Positions 13,322 to 25,510 of a stretch of DNA of 64,000 nt are shown piece after piece (within the stretch, counting starts at the first letter, position 1; each line of letters starts with the position of its first letter). The DNA is from Anthoceros angustus. Taxonomy: Eukaryota; Plantae; Anthocerotophyta. The DNA lies in assembly GCA_010909165.1 (NCBI GenBank), contig MU008164.1, positions 62,001 to 126,000 of the forward strand. Direction: 5' to 3'. Under the pieces are notes generated by a model. That model did not search any database, had not been told where the DNA came from, and worked only from the letters and a program-made list of their open reading frames with translations. Both the position numbers and the translations under genes were made by a program.

Positions 13322-14314
13322 ACGAAGGGAGGCGGATGTGCTGCGTTGCCAGGTCCACGACTAGTATCCGCGGTTCCGGCACGCATCCACCAAGATAAGG
13401 CTGGTGAAGTTGCCACAGGAATTCGTCACCTTCCTGCAGCAGGATGGCCTGTTCCTGCCGCGCTCCAGCGACGACGCCATGCGGGCCCGCACAACAGTCA
13501 CTGACCAGGAGGATGGGGAGCAGGACGAGCCAGAGGTGCTATCCTTCCCCGCTCTGGTGCAGGAGGTGGCATCCTGCATCCAGGCTCTTGGAGGCGCGGT
13601 GTTCCTCAAGCTCAACTGGAGCTCTCCCACGGACGCCGCTTGGATCAGCACCTCGGGGAGCTTGAAGTGGAGCAATTTTGGGGAGATCAGCCTGCTGCTC
13701 AAGGCCTCCCACAGCATTGTGCATGATCTGAAGCACGACTTCGACGCGTGCGATGATCGGAGCAGGAACAGGCCGGGCACCTTCTTTCTGGCCCTGAGGA
13801 AGTGGTACGACCTGCGGCTGGAGATGGAGTTCCGAGGCTTCGTCAGGGGCGGCTTGCTGGTCGGGGTCTGTCAGCGAGAGGTCACCGGCTTCCACCCTTC
13901 TTTGCTCTCCGACAAGCGGGAGTTGGAGCGGGTTGTGGTGGATTTCTTTGAGGGTACGTTGGGCGGGAAGTTTGGGGCAAACAATTTACACGTTCGACTG
14001 TGATGGGCTCACGGATTCCAGAGAGAAGCTTTCAGACTGCAATCCCTGGGGCGGGGTCCACCGTGCCTCTCCGCTGCTCTTGGGACGAGCTGAAGGTGAA
14101 TTGCGAGCAGGCGCTGAGGAGCTCACAGCAGAGGATGCATTTTAGGATCGTGAGGAGCCGTGAGGATGGTGAGGGCCTGGGGCAGCCGGGTGTGCGATCA
14201 TGCCCTTGCGTTCCATTCGATTTTGTTGAAACAAGCCTGGGTAGTGCGTGGCATGGCTTTCTAGGACAAGCTGATGCCGAAATCAGGCAGCAGATGATAG
14301 GAACCGGTGGCTAA
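13322..14314 (+). pseudogene. CDC123: CDC123 (D123) pseudogene, intronless
   Basis: EADVLRCQVHD*YPRF has TAG where Trp is expected. Further matches: VFLKLNWSSPTDAAW, LLLKASHSIVHD, LALRKWYDLRLEMEFRGFV, YTFD...NPWG. The start appears to be ATG>ACG, and at least two frameshifts occur after ~13985. Confidence 0.85.
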
Positions 14315-14421
14315 CGAGCGACATACGTATGTATGAGTTCAGATGGATAAGTAGCTGACGAAGACGTACAAGCAAATGCTTGCGACACTGTTTATGTGCC
14401 ACCTCTGGTCTCCAAACAACG

Positions 14422-15156
14422 TCAGTCCTCGAAGGCGAACTGAGCATTCATCTCGGCCAGGCAATCTGTGGGTAGGGTGAGGAAATTGTCCATGAACCAG
14501 TCATCAATAGGGGACAGGCGAGCCACGCCCGCCAGGCGGCACCGCCCCTGCGCATCCAGCCTTCTGCCTTGGCCTTGCCTCAGCGTGCCTTCAGCAAGCT
14601 CCGTGGTGAGGACGGTGTCCACCAGCAGAGGTGGCGGCCGGTACAAGGAGCCGATGGAGAAGTAGAAGGAAGACTGGAACTTGAGCTCCACCTGATGACA
14701 CACAAGTGCCACACCACACAAAGGTAAGCAGATTTCTGCTTTGAATTCATTCACCCGTGTTTGAACCTTTTAGCACCTACATACCTTGCCTGTGCTCCTC
14801 TCGATCCAGCCTGCCAGAGACTGCGGCACCACCTCGATTCGCAAGGGAGGAGGCAGCGGCACTCCCAGCAGCGTGGTGGTCCCAAATGCCACTGCAGGGA
14901 TGTTGATGGAGTCCGCGTCAAACTCCACCTGCAAGCGCCCCTGCTGCTCTCCGGGACTCACCCTCCCGCTCCCTCCTCCGCCTTCCGCATTGTAGACGAA
15001 ATTCGGATAGCGCGCAATGCCCAGAGCGCAGCCTTTCTCGGTCCGGAGCTCCACTCTGCCAGGCAAGCCTCCAGCAACGCTATCAGGTTCTGCTACTGTG
15101 GAGGAGGCAGGAGCAGCAGCCCTGAGAGCTTGCAGGCGCGAAGGAATGGCCTGCAT
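14422..15156 (-). CDS. Uncharacterised probably plastid-targeted protein of a family recalled to have cyanobacterial homologues
   Basis: Two exons, 15156-14785 and 14691-14422, with GT-AG sites. Ala/Ser-rich N-terminus, then GCALGIARYPNFVYNAEGGGG...TTTLLGVPLPPPLRIEV and LVGVA-like LAGVARLSPIDDWFMDNFLTLPTDCLAEM. Confidence 0.75.
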
Positions 15157-15417
15157 CTCGTCTGAATGCAGTCCCTCTCCTGCGGATGACGAGACACTTC
15201 GCTCGCTTCCTAGCACTCTTGCGCGCAGCTGATGCACTAAAGCCACACATTCAAGAACGGGCTTCTAACGAGCCACAGCAGTCCACGAGTGCCCCGCTGT
15301 GCAACCACCGCCCGTTACGCCTCATCCAACTGAAACTAAACTAAACTTCAGTCTTCGGCTCTTCTCAGTCCGGAATTGTTCTTCTAGGCTAGCTCCTACA
15401 TGAGTGATGTAAAACAA

Positions 15418-16421
15418 TCAGGATGCCTTGTTGCGTTTGACAACCGTGGCTGCATCCACTGCCTTGTTGATCGCGATCCATGCTCTGCCTGCAATCAGGG
15501 TTGGGACGACGACCCAGATGTTGTTCATAATTATGAAGTAGAACCAAAAGTAGATCGCTCCAGAGGCCGAGTAATCCTCCCCCTGCAAGACTACTGTGCC
15601 GAAGTAGACTAGGCAACCATAGAGCTGGCCTAAGCAAATCGCAATTTGCAATGTGTGACGACACGCCTTTCGGTGCAGCACAGCGTATCTGCACACCAGA
15701 GGAGGAAACGAGGAGTAAGCAACAGGCAAGTCATCGCGATTGGAATGGAGTGCAGCAGGTCCGCAAACAACTCACATGACGTAGAAGCACAAGGGCCCCT
15801 CAATCACTGCCGTAATTCCTTCAATCAGGACCACGGTAGGGTCTCTGCCTGCATACCGTGAGTCTCCTTTGCTGTACTCTTTCCCTACACAACAACACAC
15901 TCGATTCACTACGCCGAGGCGTGCATAGCTACAAAACACCAAAACCTCGGGTAGCACAACAGGTCCCGCCCCGTCCCGTCCAGGCATGCTTGCTAGCAAT
16001 GTAGATCTCTTGAAGCTGGCAGACATGAGGAGGATCGATGCTTACATAGCTCTGCTAGGAAAACAGGAGTCTTGAGCTTGTAGAAATCTGGAGTGAACAC
16101 AAAGTATCCCTCCACAATGGTGTGGATCAACCCGGTGAGCATCCACCAGCACAGAATTAAGCGCTCCAGCGTGCTAACATGCTTGTATCTCCCTGTTCCA
16201 GCACCAGCACATGGTGTGAGCAAATCACGGCCTCGGGAACAAGATAGCACATCCAGATCGGGAAGCGATGCACAGCAACCTGTGAAGGCATATGTGAGAA
16301 CCAGCACCGCTAGGGCGAATGCAGCGAAGGACGACAGAATGTATTCCCTGGACAACGTTTGCGGCACAAATCCAGGCAGCTCCAGCGACGCCGGGTAGAA
16401 GGGATGCTGCACCTCCACCAT
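15418..16421 (-). CDS. HYD1: 3-beta-hydroxysteroid Delta8-Delta7 isomerase (EBP/EXPERA family)
   Basis: Spliced gene with HPFYPASLELPGFVP, WWMLTGLIHTIVEGYF, KEYSKGDSRYAGRD...EGITAVIEGP, GQLYGCLVYF and MNNIWVVVP. Confidence 0.88.
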
Positions 16422-16821
16422 CGCTGCTTCCTTGCTTGGTCTTTGATTGCTTGCGTGTCTTGAGGCGCACTTTGGGGACCAGACCGTGCGGGCGGAGAAG
16501 GTAAAATTGCGTGGTAAGGAAAATTTACGTTTTCGTTTCGATCCTCCTTATGCAACCGGTGCAGCCGGTTACGACCACGGTTAGGGCTTGACGGGCTTCC
16601 TTGCTTTCAAACCCTGGCTTACGTCCAAAGGCTGTTCCGTCCGTTAGCGTGTGGACAGAAAGCCTTGCAGCGTGGGCAAAGGATTTGGGGGAAGCAGGGA
16701 GCAGCAGGAGCAAGGAGGAGGAGCAGGAGCAGGAGGAGCAGGAGGCGGGAGTTGGAGAAGAGGAGACGGGAATCCAGGGAGCTCCGCGCCGCACGCCCTA
16801 GTCGGGCGGTGGGAGCGGAGC

Positions 16822-19800
16822 ATGGCCACGCCCGACGAGTCTGCGGCTGTGGAGAAACTGTACGAATACGGGGAACGCCTGAACGAGTCCAAGGACAAGG
16901 GCAAGGTACAGGGAAGGAGCATTGGGTGGAATGTTGTGGACCGCTTTGTTGTGGCTGGCACGCTGTGGGAGGCGGTAGCTCAGCAGGGGACCTGGTGCGG
17001 CTGTGCAGAATGAGAGCGACTATTTAGGGATTATTGCGTTGGCCAAGCAGAGCTCCAAGACGAAGCAATTGGCGGCCCAGCTCATCCCACGATTCTTCAA
17101 ATTCTTCAAGAGCGTGTCTCCGGCCGCCATTCACGCCCAGCTGGACTTGTGCGAGGAGGATGAGCTCAGGGTCAGTTTCTTCCCCTGGGGCCTGGGCTAG
17201 GGTTGCTGGTGGTCGGAAGCAAGGGTTTTGTGTCTTTGTGTGTGTGCGTGTGTTTGTCTGGACCGACTGCATTTGCTCTGGGAGATTGTGGGGTGGTATT
17301 GTGGTTTTAGCGGAAGAGGTAGTGAGTGGAGCAGTCGTCACTTTTGGTTTACACCAGAGGTTGTCTGTCTGTGCTCAGACAGCCGGGGCTCTACTCTTCG
17401 GTAAATTGCTGGCAACTCTTTTTGAACCTGAACACCTTCCAGCAATCGAGAGTCGCAGATATTTAGGTTAGCCCTGCTAATACTGATTTTCTCGGTAAGA
17501 ACAGCAGTTCTCATGCTTTGGACTTTGTGTGACGATGACATCATACACCTCCTGGTCTCCCCCTGGACATCTTACCTGCCAGCGGAAGCATTTTTTCTCG
17601 TAAATTTATGATTCTCAAGCTTGCTGTAAATGGCAGAAAAACTACTTTGTGGGATCAGGAAACTGCTATTGATTTTTGTTCAGTTTGTGCTTCACCATGT
17701 TTAAGCCGAGGCATTGGATTGCCTGTTTTGTTCATCCTCTTCTTTTTGCTGCTGCAATCATGCCCATTGAAAGCCTTGAGTCAGTCCACTATGTCAAATG
17801 AAGAGGCATGCTTATTTTTAGGCTCTCTATGTGCGTATTACACCACTGAGTATGTCGGGTCACATTGGGTCTGTGAAAGAGCCCTGAGATGGATTGCCAT
17901 ATCAGATGTTGCGGGATGGCTTAATTTTTAATAAATGCTGGATCCCCCATATATCGGCCAGATCTCTCAAAGCCCTCTTGTGTTCCTGCAATCATGCCAC
18001 ACGATGCGTGCCCACCTCTCCCCGCTCCTCAAACTAGAGGGTTCATGTTAGAAAGCTTTGTGTCACGTACTTCTCAAGGCAGCCTAGAACTGTCATCTCT
18101 GTCACGTGTCTTAAACTCAAATCCTTCTCTCAAGTACATGGTGAGCCGATTTTTTTCAGGGCTGTACTCTGAATGGTCATGTCAAACAGGGTGTCACATG
18201 CGCAATGTTAAAGAGGTCTGAGATAGGTTACAAGATATACTTCTCCTACCAGATAAGAGTGGAAAGCTTAATTTCTGGATGAATGCTAGTATTTGCCCGT
18301 GTTGTTGGTATATGACTGGAAGTTCATTGTCAGAGCTGATTTTGTTGTTCTGAGCTTCCTTGCAGATTAGAGTCGTGGCAATACGTGGTCTTCCACTTCT
18401 TTGCAAGGACACTCCGGAGCACCTCCCAAAGATTGCTGATGTCTTGGGGCAGTTGCTTGTGTCAGGTAGTCTTTGAATAGGACCTAGTGCATGTCAAGGA
18501 GGGATTTAAGTGATTGTAACTGTTAACTCATAATCTCATACTGTTTTGTACTGTATAGAAGAGGGACTCGAAAGGGATGCTGTTCAGAAGGCCATGATGA
18601 CAATACTCTCGCAGGATGCAAAAGGTATTGAGCTTCCTGCTGGAGTGCATGAAGTTTCTCTGTGTGTGAAGATTTGTAGGTCTTCTGACATACATTTGGT
18701 GGACAGCCTGCTTGACAGCATTGTTTAAGCACATTGAGACTGGGGAGGAGAATCTGAGGGAGAAAGTTATTGTCTTTGTGAGGGAAAGAGTACGTAGCTC
18801 ACAACTTTGAGGTGCCTTCTTTGTAATCTTGGTGTCATTTTTGAAACAGTGCAGTGGTAGTGTACTTCTGTCACTCATCACTGATTTATTCTGCAGGTCT
18901 TTCCTGCTAAGAAGGAGCTGCTGGTTCCCCAGGCAGAGATGGAGCGCCACATTACTGACTTAGTTAAAAAGGTACTTCCTATTTTCCCCCGATACAATCT
19001 TCACTAGTTATAATAGTTTGTTGACTATTTGAAGTCAGCACCTGGAAGATCCAACTTCACCTCCTCGATCTTCCAGGTGCTGATCTTTCAGAGAGGAGGT
19101 GAAGTCGGGGAAATCAAGGAAAAATCAGAAACAAAGCCTTAGTTCATTTTTCTGGGCTTCTCCTGGTTTGCATCTGGAGTCTGCTGTCCTTCCTCTGTAC
19201 TCAAGGCCACATTTCCGTGTGATCCTTCTGTACATCCGATTGCAGATAAGCATTTGCTATTTCTAGAGGAAAATTTGAACTTGAGAAACTTCAGTCCCAT
19301 TTCGAGTAGCAAGCTCGTGACTTGGACTCCTGTATGCCAGGTAGTACAAGTACCCCAAATCCACATGTTATTGGCTGGGGCCAGACTGTCTCCTCTCCAA
19401 TGAAGTTTCTTTGTTTGCAGATTTTGCAAGATGTGACTGGAGCAGAGTTCAAGATGTTTATGGACTTCCTGAAGAGTCTGAGCCTTTTTGGAGAGAAAGC
19501 GCCTTCTGAGCGGGTTCAGGAATTACTGGAGATTGTGGAGAGTCAAGCTGATCTTGATGCGCAATTTAAGGTAAGCAAAGAAACTTTGTCTTGGTTTCAT
19601 CTGCTGGTTGGGCCTGATTTATTGCTGTATAATTTTGTTGACTTTTTCTTTACCATTCTTCAGGTGACAGACACAGATCATATAGATCGATTAATGTCAT
19701 GTCTAGGCATGGCCCTTCCTTTGTACGCGGTAACTATCGGTGCTGGCCCTTGAATTGTAGTCAATCATCTATGATTTCTCTGGGTAGTTAAAGTTATGTC

Positions 19801-21409
19801 TGCGAGCTGCGTCATTTGACGAAAATGTGATTGTGTGGTTGATTCCAGCGTGGGGCTTCCAACAGTAGGTTCTTCACGTACATCAACAAGCATCTCCTTC
19901 CCGTGTTCGATGCGGTGAGGGGTTGAAGGGTAGGCAGGTTTTCTGTGACAGGTTTTTCAATAGCTCAGTGCTGAATGTGCTCTTTCCATGTTCCCTGCAG
20001 CTTCCAAAGGAGAAAAAGTCAATCTTGCTGCGGAACCTTGCAGAGGGGTCTCCCTACACCTCAGCTCAAGATGCTAGGCAGCTTCTTGTGTCCGTTCTGG
20101 AGTTGCTTAAGGTATCTCAATTGATTCTGTTCTACAACCTGGTTGTCTTTGGTTTTTGAAACCGAGTTCAGGTTGTTCTCAGTGGAACGTTGGTTGTGTG
20201 AAATAATTATACTTAGGATGATGTGCTTGCCTCCTGCAGAAATCTATACCTAAACGGAAGGCACATGAGGATTTAAATCTTACATCTGTCGAGTGTCTGC
20301 TGTTTACTTTTCATCAACTGGCACATAAGGTCTGGGTGTACCTGATGTCACGTCGTTTTGTTTCGAGCTACAAAAGTATCTCATTGCATCGGGGAGGTCT
20401 TGTTTGGTCATCTGACGTTTTTAACAATTTTTGCAGACCCCCAATACCACCAATAGCTTGTGTGGGTACAAGATTGTCACCGGACAACCATCTGATCGTT
20501 TGGGTGAAGACTTTTCCGAGCTCTACAAGGATTTTACTGAAAGGTATGTTCCAGATACGGATACCTGTGATTTGGTGATTCTCTGATTCGGTAGCTGCTA
20601 CAAGAAACTAAATGCACTCACAAAGGCTGCAGGTTGACAGCAGTAGAGGACGTGGCAAGAACTTTTAGCAAGAAATTAGCTCAAGGAATGTCAGAGCATA
20701 AGAAATCTGTGGCTGCAGCAAAGGATGAAATCGCCAAAGCAGAAGCTGTAAGCTACACCTATGTAATAACTCTGATGTCCTTACGGTACACGTATGTGCA
20801 TTCACTAACGTTGGAATGGTCCGTTTTGCAGATACTCAGAAAGTCTGAGACTAGCATTGGTCTCCGCCTGTGCAACAATATTCTCGCCCTCGCTCAGGTA
20901 GAACTAACTCATTAAAGTCATTTTCTGGTGTTGCTGGTACCAGCTGGTTGATCACAACGTTCTACCCTGTGCACGATTGATCTGACCCCTCTTTTGCTGC
21001 CACCTCAGCCTCTCCACCATAAATCACCAACGTTCTTCGGAGAGATCAAAGCTTTCCAGCTATCCTGGAAAGAACCAGCTAAACCACCCTCACCAGATCA
21101 GGCTGCCGCCACAACTTCTGCAGGGTACTAGTTGTCTTGGGTCTTTGCCGGTGGACTAGATGTTCCACTGCCCTGTCTACCTTTGGCTAGTTTACTCACT
21201 ATAACCACGCTTGTTCTGAGCTGTTTAGGGTGAAACGTTCAGCGGCAGCTAGTAGCAATGGAGCCGCTGCGAAAAGGGCGCGAGCGGATGGTGCTTCTCC
21301 TCAACTCGTGAATAAGGCACTTGCAGGATTGTCCAGGGGCGGAGGAGCAGGTAGAGGCGGTAGAGGAGGATGGCGTGCTAGGCGAGGTCGGGGGAGAGGT
21401 GGATATTGA
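16822..21409 (+). CDS. API5: Apoptosis inhibitor 5 (API5/AAC-11)-like protein
   Basis: Multi-exon, in frame where traced: EKLYEYGERLNESKDK, AAQLIPRFFKFF, LDLCEEDEL, AIRGLPLLCKDTPEHLPKIADVLGQLL, CGYKIVTGQPSDRLGEDFS, and a C-terminal RGG tail ending RGRGRGGY* at 21407-21409. Confidence 0.9.
19035..19105. repeat. Two interlocking perfect inverted repeats in an API5 intron
   Basis: tcagcacctggaagatc (19035-19051) pairs with gatcttccaggtgctga (19067-19083). The loop segment acttcacctcctc (19054-19066) pairs with gaggaggtgaagt (19093-19105). Confidence 0.9.
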
Positions 21410-21799
21410 TGAGAGGATCCGGCGCCTTCACGGCAGCTAGAGAGACGAACCGTGGTTATGGGCAGCCAGGATCCCTCCTTGTTGCCTGGTGGTGAGGCAT
21501 TGTTCTCTATTTAGCTCGGTTCTCCCAATTGTATTGTAGAGACCCTTAGTGGGGGGCAATTTTTTTCCAGACCTGACAGTTTTCGCAGACGGATCATTTT
21601 CTGGATTTGTAGCATGACACGGTACTGTCCCGGTTTCCAAACTTGAAGCTTCCATTACACCATAGGTAGATCCCACAGGTATTCTCTCCGGCCCTGTTCG
21701 TTCGACGGTTCGACGAACGCTGGAACACGATGAGAGAGGCGGATATACTGAGTATCGCACAACGTTCGACCAACGTGCCTGCCTCTCGGTGACATCCTT

Positions 21800-24150
21800 T
21801 TGTGATTCCAGGCTTGCGACTCCGGGAAGTTCTGTGTATGTCCTGCAAGATTAGCCCCTTCTTTCAGGCTTGCGATTCTGAGAGGGTCTGTTATGTCCTG
21901 CAAGATTATCCTCTTCTACAGGTGAAAGTGATCGGATCAGTGAAGGTCCTTGGAGACGTCTCGCCAATCGCACCGGCTACGATCTTCGAAGTGTGGCCAT
22001 GGACGAGCTAGGCTTGAATTTGTGTCTGGCAACCAGTCTTTGCCTGAGTAAACATATCCATGGACATTGGTGGCCCTCCAGCACAGGGCCTTGATCTTCT
22101 ATGCATGTATCGGACACGGTTCCCCAAGTTGGAGGAGCTCCAGGAGCTTGTCGCGTTGTCTCTTGCTGGCAATAGGCGGGAAGGAGTCGTCCCTGAGGAA
22201 GTGCTCAAAGTGACCAAGCTCGTGAGCCTGGGCGTGGCTGGTAACTTCCTCTCCGGAAGCGTTCCCAACTTGCAGGGCTCGCACGCCTCGCCTATGTTTC
22301 TGTCACCATCAACAATCTTAGCGGAAACGTGCCTGCTGCCCCAATCTGCAACACCTGCATGCTGCCAAAAACAAATGTCACAAACCTCGCGTCTTCTGTC
22401 TTCCAGGTTTCCGCTTTGAAGCAGGTGAACCTTCCCTGGAACCTGTTGTGCGCACCACTACCGGATTTCAAGTTTCCCAATCTTGAGCTGTTGGACCTGT
22501 CTATGAACTTTCTGCAGGGCCACATCCCGTCCGGCTTGGGAAATGTGACGCAGCTGGACCTGTCTCACAACAACTTGTCTGGCCTCGTTTCTCTGGATAT
22601 TCGTATTATATCAGATGATTCCGTGATCGATTCGGCCAGGAGGGTTGATTCTGTCTGGAACTTGCCAACTAGAGAATCTCTTGAGAGCTTCAAATAGCGT
22701 GCATCATGTAGCAAACAGGCCGGATGCTACCTTGGAATGGATCACGTTTCTCTTGACAAACTGGATCTGAGTGACAATCAGCTAGATGGCCCTCTTCCTT
22801 CCTCTTCCTCCAAAGCTGAGTTCTCTTTTCTGTGGCTTCAAAATAACCACTTCTCCGGTGACCTGATCCTCTTTCTCAGTCAGATGAAGGTTCCCCTTCC
22901 CTAAAGTATCTGAGTGCAGGGCAACCGCTTCACTGGGGACCTCACCAACTTGCTCGACTCTTCGGCCCTGAAGTATCCGGAAACAACAGTTTTGGACTTC
23001 AGTTGACACAACTATTTCAACATGATACCTTCAGAGAAGTTCCCCAATCCTTTGCAGAGTATGCAGACGATTTGGAACAGAAATCCTTCGAGGTGGGGCA
23101 GCTACTTGAAGGAACTTCGGCTAGCGGGTAGCCATCCCATGGCCCAACCATTGCCGGATACGCTCAACTGTCCGAGCTCAGTATCTGACCTGCCACAGGG
23201 AGAGAACAGCATTATGACTTCCCTTCAGGTCTTGGATGGCATCTTGCAACTTGAGCGGACCAGTGCCAGAGGAGCATTTCAACATAAACATGCCCAACTT
23301 GACCTTTCTCAACCTGTCCAACAACATTCTATCTGGGGGCATTCCCGATAGGTTACCTGCTACTCTCCGCGTACTGGCAACAATGTGGAGGGAGAAATGC
23401 AGGCTGAGATTTTCGCAGCTCTGCCCAGCTTGCTGCATTTCAACGCATCCAACAACAAGCTGTCCGGCCCCATTCCAGGAACCTTTCCTCTCACTATCCA
23501 AGTCTTGGACCTTAGCCACAACAGTCTGACGGGAGAAATACCGGTAAGCTTTTCTTTAGTTTGCCTAACTTGAGATACATCAATCTGTCCAGCAACAATC
23601 TGTCAGGACGTGCTCCATATGACCTGCCTCCGGCTCTCCATAACGCAAGCTTCTTCGCCAGCAATCCGGGGCTCTGCGCAGGCGGACCCCTTCCGCCTTG
23701 TGTCCCTGCAAGAGCAATTGTGATCAGGGTCTGGGTGCTTGTGGCAGTAGTGGTTGTCGTTCTATTTCTTTGCACGAGACCGTTCAGTTATTTCCTCCTG
23801 GTTTCCTCCAGCTTCCAGCTAACTCCCGGGAGCGATGTCTTCATCTTGGGCGTTGTGCTGTGCTGGAGCTCATGTCGGCAAAGCCTGCTATTGACTTTCG
23901 GACAGGATATGAAGAGACTAGCTTGGCGCACCTGGCCAATTGTGCCATGGCCAGGGGGGAGCGGGAAGACTGTATCGACCCTGTGTAGGCGGACACCCGG
24001 AAGGCACCCATAGAGTGTGTGGGCGCTTTGGTTGTTAGGTGCTTAGCCCTCAGATCCCGAGAGCGTCCCCAGTGAGGAAGGTCTGGAAGGAGTCGCAGAC
24101 CGTCTGGCTTCACTGGGACTCGGATGCCTCCTTCCAATCGGATCATGTCC
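21800..24150 (+). pseudogene. LRR receptor-like kinase pseudogene, paralogue of the 48906-58221 locus
   Basis: Frameshifted LRR blocks (LELLDLSMNFLQGHIPSGLG, HFNASNNKLSGPIPGTFP), C-cap FFASNPGLCAGG, TM VLVAVVVVVLFL, then a direct jump to the kinase C-lobe (TPGSDVFILGVVL...ELMSAKPAIDF). Most of the kinase is deleted. Ends are approximate. Confidence 0.85.
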
Positions 24151-24420
24151 GCCATGATCAGCAGCCTCAGAATGCTTACTGTGATGTGGATGCGTCTTAT
24201 GACTGCACGTCCCCGCAAAGTCCGCAAGCGCCTCTGTGCAGCAGCGCATGGTGGACCGATGGATGCTCTGCGCAGGCAGAACCTTGGATGAGTTGACGTC
24301 GGAGAAGAATTGAAGCGCGTCTTGTTCAGCAAAGATTGGTGTAGGTGAAAATCCTTACCACATGCAGCAAAACGAGCCAGCGATCCCCGACAAGAATGCT
24401 GCACAGTCAATGCCGTCCAT

Positions 24421-25510
24421 GAAGACGAGGAAGAAAATTTTATTGAAGTCCACTAAGGACGGATTTCCGTCATCGGACTGAACTATAATAACTACATAGA
24501 TGGACGAATGTAAAGGTAAAATTTAAACAAGACAAATAATCGTAAAATTTAAACAAGACAAATAATCTTCAATCAATCAACAGTGTCAATGAAATTGCGT
24601 GAACGAGGGCCAAACATCACCAATTCATCCCCACTAAAGAAAACCACTTGACCTGCAACACGAGCTACTCTGAAAGCGGGTAACTTCTCTTTCTTAGTCT
24701 TCCATTGTAATGGTGTAAGATCTTCATTGATATATAAATGAGTTGTCCATAACATAGACCTAGCCTTCATAATCTGGAGGCGATCATCCATAAAGTGAAA
24801 AGTCATAATCAATATGCGCTCCCTACCAGGATTTTTTCCAAGCCAGAAGGCTCGAGGAAGGACCACATCGACCTCTAGCCTATTGAGAAACTCCTTTGCA
24901 GCTACAAGTGGTGCAACAATGTATTAGCAAGACCAAAAATTCTCATGTTCAAAGCACGACGAGCACGGTCCGCCGTCTCGGAAACAACTTCCAATATTGT
25001 GTTGCCACCAGGATAAGAAGGAACAGGGGGATCACTAATCCCCAGGAGGTTTTTACCAGTAAGCTTCTCCAAATATGTAGGTAAAACTTGTTTCGTTGAA
25101 GTGAAATGATTTTCCAAATTTATGGCTTTCTCCTCTATGGTCCGTGAAAAAACTTCATTTTATAACCTTGCTCCACTAACCTTTACGAGAGTCTTCCAAC
25201 CTGATCATCCAAACCCTGCAAACTTTTTGGCCATATAACTGTGCATTTCTTTCCTCTGTGCATGAATAAGCTCGAGAATAACCTTCTTGTAGCCTTTCAA
25301 ACTAGGTACCAGATCTGCCTTCGACAAGCAACTCACATAAGGAACAGGAATTTGCAAGACATTGACTTGCAAAGGCAATAAATCAAACTTGACCTGGAAA
25401 GACGCCTCAAAATCTTTAGCCCATGAGCTTGCCGATTCAAGATCCTGTTGCAATTTTCTAATGATAACATCCTGACTATTAAATCTCTTATCTATGAGCT
25501 TTGCAAGCAC
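24421..25510 (-). mobile_element. Non-LTR retroelement derivative carrying an ORF1-like region but no EN/RT
   Basis: Coiled-coil segment (25205-25510) and RRM-like segment with DRLQIMKARSML...LYINEDLTP (24573-24866). About 100 bp later comes the GACGGAAATCCGTC stem-loop, AATAAA and a degenerate (TTC)n tail. Confidence 0.6.
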
